Virus record (IMG/VR): IMGVR_UViG_3300032213_001560
Strand: one strand, 5' to 3'
Origin: a virus
Length of the DNA: 43,757 bases
Below, in pieces: positions 39,844 through 43,757 of this stretch (positions are counted from its first letter, which is position 1; every line of letters starts with the position of its first letter). The position numbers and the translations under genes are program-made. The notes under the pieces are model-generated. The model ran no database searches. It was given only the letters and a program-made list of their open reading frames with translations, and had not been told where the DNA came from.

Positions 39844-40108
39844 ATTGTTTTAAAAATTCATTAACCTTTTCTTTGCTGCCCCAAGCATTAGATGGCACAT
39901 GCATATATACATAACCAACAATGTTTTTTAAGTTAGCACTATTACCAATATCAGCGCGTCCAAACGCTTCCATTAGATTATTTTCCAAAACGGCCATCAA
40001 AAATGAGCCGCATGGGATACCGTGGTTTAAATATCTCTCCAATGAGCCATGAATATCGCTGTTAATATTAATAGGATAATATGGGTCTGGTTTTAGTTCG
40101 TATTTCAT
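39830..40108 (-). CDS. hypothetical protein (92 aa)
   Basis: ORF track. Overlapping junctions with both neighbours. Confidence 0.7.
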   Translation of the reverse strand: MKYELKPDPYYPININSDIHGSLERYLNHGIPCGSFLMAVLENNLMEAFGRADIGNSANLKNIVGYVYMHVPSNAWGSKEKVNEFLKQFERE

Positions 40109-40341
40109 ACAAAATCCAATATATGCTTTGGTTTAATATCAACCATATGCGGAGCGACATACGGCTTGCGGATATGTGCAGCCTTAATGCCAATCAAACG
40201 CATCTTTAGGCTAGGATGATCTACAGGCTGTATGTCGTACACTTCAGGGTTTACACCGTACCTACTGCAAATTGTACCATGGCACATAAACTTGCCTTGT
40301 GGGGTATATACAGAAACGTAATCACCGTGAAATAGGTTCAT
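40105..40341 (-). CDS. hypothetical protein (78 aa)
   Basis: ORF track. ATGA junctions. Confidence 0.65.
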   Translation of the reverse strand: MNLFHGDYVSVYTPQGKFMCHGTICSRYGVNPEVYDIQPVDHPSLKMRLIGIKAAHIRKPYVAPHMVDIKPKHILDFV

Positions 40342-40565
40342 ACCAACTTCTCCAATGCGGCTAACTGCTCGTTAATGTCATTTGACTTGAAACAATCAAG
40401 CAACTCATTCACTGGCTCGATGACCTCAACGCCCTGATTGCGGCAAAGCACTTGACGAGCTGCCGATGAACAATCTGGGAATTCGTATGTTTCACCAGAT
40501 TCTAAAACTCTGGTTGTCCATGAGTCTTCTGATATGCGTACACGCTGGTTCATTTTAATTTTCAT
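40338..40565 (-). CDS. hypothetical protein (75 aa from ATG 40565; track start 40580)
   Basis: The second ATG is preceded by AAGGTG at about 6 nt. First gene of the leftward block. Confidence 0.6.
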   Translation of the reverse strand: MKIKMNQRVRISEDSWTTRVLESGETYEFPDCSSAARQVLCRNQGVEVIEPVNELLDCFKSNDINEQLAALEKLV

Positions 40566-40585
40566 AATGTCACCTTTCATTTAAC

Positions 40586-40614
40586 TTGCTATAAACGTTT
40601 TTAGCTGATAAAAT
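40586..40614 (+). promoter_or_regulatory. sigma70-type promoter candidate, rightward (TTGCTA-17-TAAAAT)
   Basis: TTGCTA at 40586..40591, 17-nt spacer, TAAAAT at 40609..40614, inside the 77-nt divergent gap. Confidence 0.35.
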
Positions 40615-40657
40615 CGGCAGGGTCAAGCACAAAATGATTTAATTTGGAAAAATATTT

Positions 40658-40885
40658 ATGATGATAGAAATTGATGATTTACTTACGCCATCAGAAGCCG
40701 CGAAAAAAGCCAAGATGTCGCCTCAGTTGTTTAGATATTATGTACGCAACGACAGGTCGCCAGAGCCAATCATTATAAGAGGCTCTACATACTTTGACAA
40801 GAATGAAATTGCTGATTGGATTCCCGATACAATGCGAGTTGGAAGGCCACGAAACGGTAAAAACAAAAAGGGTCGTCCAGCATGA
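40658..40885 (+). CDS. MerR/excisionase-type HTH DNA-binding protein (75 aa)
   Basis: LLTPSEAAKKAKMSPQLFRYYVRNDRSPEPI is an AlpA/excisionase-like HTH. Basic C-terminus. Confidence 0.55.
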   Translation: MMIEIDDLLTPSEAAKKAKMSPQLFRYYVRNDRSPEPIIIRGSTYFDKNEIADWIPDTMRVGRPRNGKNKKGRPA

Positions 40886-40986
40886 ACGATACAGATAAAG
40901 ACAGGATGAACGCAGTGTGCTGGGTTATCATAGCACTGCTGTTTGCATCGGCGGCATATAAACCGACAAGAGGGCGTTCATTATGA
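40882..40986 (+). CDS. single-TM peptide (34 aa)
   Basis: Manual translation: MNDTDKDRMNAVCWVIIALLFASAAYKPTRGRSL. ATGA junctions at both ends. Confidence 0.5.
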   Translation: MNDTDKDRMNAVCWVIIALLFASAAYKPTRGRSL

Positions 40987-41510
40987 ATATAGACGATTAC
41001 AAGAAATTAATCGGCAAGCCTAAGAGAAAGCCGAATCAAGAAGAATATAAAATCCACGTTGATTTTGTAACCCATATGCGAACGGCCTTTCCGCAAGTGC
41101 TGTTTACCCATTCTGGCAAAGGCAAAGGCAAAGCTGATGGCATGTTTAAGAAGCGCATGGGATACAAAGCTGGAACACCGGATTTAATCATGTGGTGGAA
41201 GGTCGAGCCTAGCATATTGCAGAAGCTGTATTCGTTGCTGGGTTTTCGTATTAACCTGATTCACTCTGGCGGCATCGAGTTTAAAGCATCCAAAGGTAGC
41301 ATGTCAGACGGTCAAGATAGCTTCGAGTCAGTGTTTACCCAGTACGGCGGTAACTATGCTTTGTGCTATAGCAAGAGAGAGGCGCACAAGGCGTTATGCT
41401 CATGGGGGCTAGTTCCCTTGCATGATTGCGGTGCTGAAGTTGACCTGCGTACACAAAGGCAAAAAGTTAGAGATTCGATTGACGCATTTGCACCGATGAA
41501 AAAGGATTAG
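40983..41510 (+). CDS. VRR-NUC domain nuclease (175 aa)
   Basis: KAGTPDLIMWW ... GGIEFKASKGSMSDGQDSF follows the VRR-NUC PD-(D/E)XK layout (G-x-PD ... E-x-K ... Q). Confidence 0.7.
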   Translation: MNIDDYKKLIGKPKRKPNQEEYKIHVDFVTHMRTAFPQVLFTHSGKGKGKADGMFKKRMGYKAGTPDLIMWWKVEPSILQKLYSLLGFRINLIHSGGIEFKASKGSMSDGQDSFESVFTQYGGNYALCYSKREAHKALCSWGLVPLHDCGAEVDLRTQRQKVRDSIDAFAPMKKD

Positions 41511-41512
41511 CC

Positions 41513-41743
41513 ATGGATTTCACCTATCCTGATGACAAAGACGATTACCAATCTTTGCATGATCGCTACCGGATGGAACAATGGCTCGCCGATAGCTGGC
41601 ATTACAGGCAGCGTAAATGCAATGCAATGTTAAGGACAATCAGCCAAATGAAGCTGGACGAACTAGACAGGAGGATTAAAAATGAAAGTGCAATGGAAAA
41701 ATCGCGTGAAGGAAATCAAGCGCATGATGAAAAAAATGTCTGA
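41513..41743 (+). CDS. hypothetical protein (76 aa)
   Basis: ORF track. Overlaps the next ORF by 62 nt. Confidence 0.5.
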   Translation: MDFTYPDDKDDYQSLHDRYRMEQWLADSWHYRQRKCNAMLRTISQMKLDELDRRIKNESAMEKSREGNQAHDEKNV

Positions 41744-41915
41744 TGAGGAAATTGCAGCACATTATGGCATCAAAAAACATCGCTTTATGGATGCTAGAAA
41801 GCGCATGGGATTGATGCGAGATACAGATGTCACCTATCGCATCTTTGAAAAACCAATTAAAGCCAGAGGTGGCAAGATAAACTGGGATTTTAGCAATATG
41901 GATGTGCGCGTATGA
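41682..41915 (+). CDS. hypothetical protein with HTH-like segment (77 aa)
   Basis: AGGAGG lies 7 nt upstream of ATG 41682. EEIAAHYGIKKHRFMDARKRMGL is HTH-like. Confidence 0.55.
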   Translation: MKVQWKNRVKEIKRMMKKMSDEEIAAHYGIKKHRFMDARKRMGLMRDTDVTYRIFEKPIKARGGKINWDFSNMDVRV

Positions 41916-42262
41916 AAACATTGCGCCAAATATCAAAAGGCATTGGCATAACAGAGCAACGATTGCATTATTGGGTTAGCATGAAAGACGCGCCAAAACC
42001 TGTTGACATAAAGCGTAAGAAAGTTAGTTGGGTAAAATATTATAATCAAGAAGCGGTATTAGATTATTGCAACAAAGCCAATCCGGCGATATTCGACAAA
42101 GAGCTAATCAGCATACGACAAGCAGAAAAAATATTAAACGTGCCTATGAATAAAATTGTGCGCCGATTGAAAAAACCAAACGCACCAATTTGCAAAAGCA
42201 AGGGTTATCGCCACCTTTACGACAAAAAAGAATTGTTAACATGGTGGAATGAGTTAAAATAA
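41912..42262 (+). CDS. DNA-binding protein with two HTH-like repeats (116 aa)
   Basis: LRQISKGIGITEQRLHYWV and ISIRQAEKILNVPMNKIVRRL. ATGA junction with the upstream ORF. Confidence 0.5.
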   Translation: MKTLRQISKGIGITEQRLHYWVSMKDAPKPVDIKRKKVSWVKYYNQEAVLDYCNKANPAIFDKELISIRQAEKILNVPMNKIVRRLKKPNAPICKSKGYRHLYDKKELLTWWNELK

Positions 42263-42287
42263 ATTAGCAATATAATATTTGCATGAT

Positions 42288-42307
42288 TGCGTAAATTATG
42301 CGTAAAT
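42288..42307. repeat. direct 9-mer repeat TGCGTAAAT x2 (11-bp period) upstream of the VirE-like gene
   Basis: tgcgtaaat at 42288..42296 and 42299..42307. Confidence 0.8.
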
Positions 42308-42380
42308 GGGTGATACGGTTGTTGAAAGGAACTTGTATTTATGAACAACTCCCAATTAGACGTTTTTATTTAGGTCGGCA

Positions 42381-42427
42381 CTAGGCGCGGCGAGCAATCT
42401 CCCGATTCTCCCTTTCAGCGCGTCTAG
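42381..42427. other. 9-bp stem (ctaggcgcg / cgcgtctag, one G-T pair) enclosing a loop with TCTCCC x2
   Basis: 42381..42389 pairs with 42419..42427. tctccc occurs twice in the loop. The region is locally GC-rich compared with the AT-rich flank. Confidence 0.55.
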
Positions 42428-42519
42428 TGTCGGCTCCAGATTCATCGGGGGATGGTCGAGTGACGAAAGCAAGCAAGTCTGTACCAGCAGAATTAGACGA
42501 TGACACGTCACAAACGGCT

Positions 42520-43692
42520 ATGGAAAAAACTTTCCCTATGCTGCAAATGGGTAATAAAACCCCTATTGCCAGCATTGAAAACCTCCGCAATCTGCTAGAC
42601 TTTCACGGCATTACTTGCCGTTATAATGTAATATCAAAGCAATACGAAATCATCATACCGGACGAGCAATTCAGCCAAGATAACGCAGATATTGCCAGCC
42701 TTGCTCGTGTTGCCTCTCGCATGGCTGAGGTTCAATTACCTACCGCGCATTATAAGGAATACATTAGCTATATAGGTGATGCAAACCAGTACAACCCCGT
42801 ATTGCAGTGGGTGACTTCTAAAAAGTGGGATGGTATAAACCGCATTGACGAGCTATGCGGCACTATCAAAGCTAAGAACGAAGAAGCTAAGAACATGTTT
42901 ATAAGGCGTTGGCTTATTACTGCTATGTACATGGCAATGCACGATGGCTATGACTCGCCGGGCTGTTTAGTGCTTCAAGGGCCGCAAGGCTTAGGCAAAA
43001 CGTGGTGGTTTAGAAAGCTATGTGACCAACCTAACCTTATCCGAACAGACGCTAACGTTGACCCGCGCAATCGTGACAGCGTTAGTCAAGTGATTAGGTA
43101 TTGGATTGTCGAACTAGGCGAAATCGGTTCAACCTTCAGGCGTTCAGACGTTGATGCGCTAAAAGCTTTTATAACATCATCCAGCGACATATTGCGCCGC
43201 CCGTATGCTACTACTGACCAACTTTACCCAAGGCGCACTGTATTGGCGGCAAGTGTGAATGAGGCTATCTATTTGCATGATCCTACAGGTAACAGGCGAT
43301 TTTTTACTGTTCAATGTACAGAAATTAACAGTTATCATAAGATTGATATGCAGCAATTATGGGCTGAGGTGCATAATTTAATTGAAAACTGTCAAGAAAC
43401 ACCGCATTTGACTAGCGAAGAAAAACGCCTTGTAGACGAAATAAATATGGAGCATATGCAAATTGACCCAATAGAAGAAATGATTTTATCGTTTTATAAT
43501 TGGGGTGATGCAATGGCATACGACTGGAAAACCTCCACAGTCATAGCGGCTGATATAGGTTTAAAGAACATCAGCCAAAAAGAAACAAGGAAAATAGCTG
43601 AAGTTGTCAGAAAATTAAACTCTAACGACTTTAGCAAAGAAAAACGCTCCAACGGACAGCTAAAGTTTTTCACCCCAGAGCCGCGCTCATAG
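42520..43692 (+). CDS. VirE-family P-loop protein (phage primase/helicase-associated NTPase), 390 aa from ATG 42520
   Basis: Walker A LVLQGPQGLGKTWWF, Walker B-like YWIVELGE, then RRPYATT...RRTVLAASVN...NRRF, the typical virulence-associated protein E layout. The track GTG start at 42427 lies inside the stem-loop. Confidence 0.75.
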   Translation: MEKTFPMLQMGNKTPIASIENLRNLLDFHGITCRYNVISKQYEIIIPDEQFSQDNADIASLARVASRMAEVQLPTAHYKEYISYIGDANQYNPVLQWVTSKKWDGINRIDELCGTIKAKNEEAKNMFIRRWLITAMYMAMHDGYDSPGCLVLQGPQGLGKTWWFRKLCDQPNLIRTDANVDPRNRDSVSQVIRYWIVELGEIGSTFRRSDVDALKAFITSSSDILRRPYATTDQLYPRRTVLAASVNEAIYLHDPTGNRRFFTVQCTEINSYHKIDMQQLWAEVHNLIENCQETPHLTSEEKRLVDEINMEHMQIDPIEEMILSFYNWGDAMAYDWKTSTVIAADIGLKNISQKETRKIAEVVRKLNSNDFSKEKRSNGQLKFFTPEPRS

Positions 43693-43757
43693 TTTCAGCC
43701 AGTAATCTAACGGTTTTACTCATAGTTTTTCCGCGCTCATACAGACCATAAGTTGCA
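43635..43757. repeat. Terminal direct repeat copy 2 (identical to 1..123)
   Basis: Exact 123-nt identity with the window start, read directly. Confidence 0.95.

Noticed and set aside
42381-42590. 69-aa minus-strand ORF and the GTG-extended 5' end of the VirE-like gene (42427)
   Set aside because: Both run through the GC-rich stem-loop. The minus ORF has no partner genes on that strand. ATG 42520 begins a sensible N-terminus, so the region upstream of it is treated as non-coding.
1-43757. Temperate lifestyle implied by the XRE and wHTH regulators, and a search for an integrase or attP
   Set aside because: No tyrosine or serine recombinase, transposase or ParAB-type partition gene could be recognised in any frame. 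The regulators alone do not establish lysogeny.
1-43757. tRNA, rRNA or CRISPR arrays in the intergenic gaps (2802..3220, 3566..3893, 25597..25668, 32989..33229, 34467..34633, 39185..39363, 42263..42519)
   Set aside because: No cloverleaf-compatible arrangement of stems (7/4/5/5 bp with conserved T-loop GTTCRA in context) and no regularly spaced repeat-spacer arrays were found by eye. The GTTCGAG inside the 11-mer repeats lacks flanking tRNA stems. A tRNAscan or Infernal run would be decisive.

Overview
This window is a complete, circularly closed genome of a tailed dsDNA phage, about 43.63 kb; bases 1..123 recur exactly at 43635..43757. It is gene-dense, with four transcription blocks.
(1) Leftward early block, 36..2801: XRE regulator, small membrane and secreted proteins, and a truncated DnaN-like sliding clamp.
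(2) Long rightward late block, 3221..31549: small-terminase candidate, terL, a ~6-kb nucleotide-sugar/glycosyltransferase island, portal, Lys-rich peptide, GNAT, GroES-like co-chaperonin, scaffold and HK97-type capsid. These are followed by a T7-like order of adaptor, nozzle and internal proteins, a Gly-rich tail fibre, an M15 endolysin, a DEDD exonuclease, a 3-TM holin and a lipoprotein.
(3) Leftward block, 31527..40565: truncated TrpRS-like enzyme translationally coupled to a Gly-rich protein, many unknown small ORFs, a wHTH regulator, a MazG-like NTP-PPase, a beta-class DNA methyltransferase and a YqaJ exonuclease.
(4) Rightward block, 40658..43692: HTH proteins, a VRR-NUC nuclease and a VirE-type P-loop primase/helicase-like protein.
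I saw no integrase, DNA polymerase, RNA polymerase, tRNA, rRNA or CRISPR array. Several near-consensus sigma70-type promoters, a lipobox lipoprotein and LPS-type sugar genes suggest a Gram-negative (probably proteobacterial) host; that is inference.
The most unusual items are:
- the sugar/glycosylation island joined by overlapping stop/start codons between terL and portal
- the mini-TrpRS operon
- the domain-I-less beta clamp in a genome with no polymerase
- a repeat-rich divergent control region with apparently leaderless genes
- a triple-hairpin intergenic element
All family assignments come from reading motifs by eye. No searches were run.
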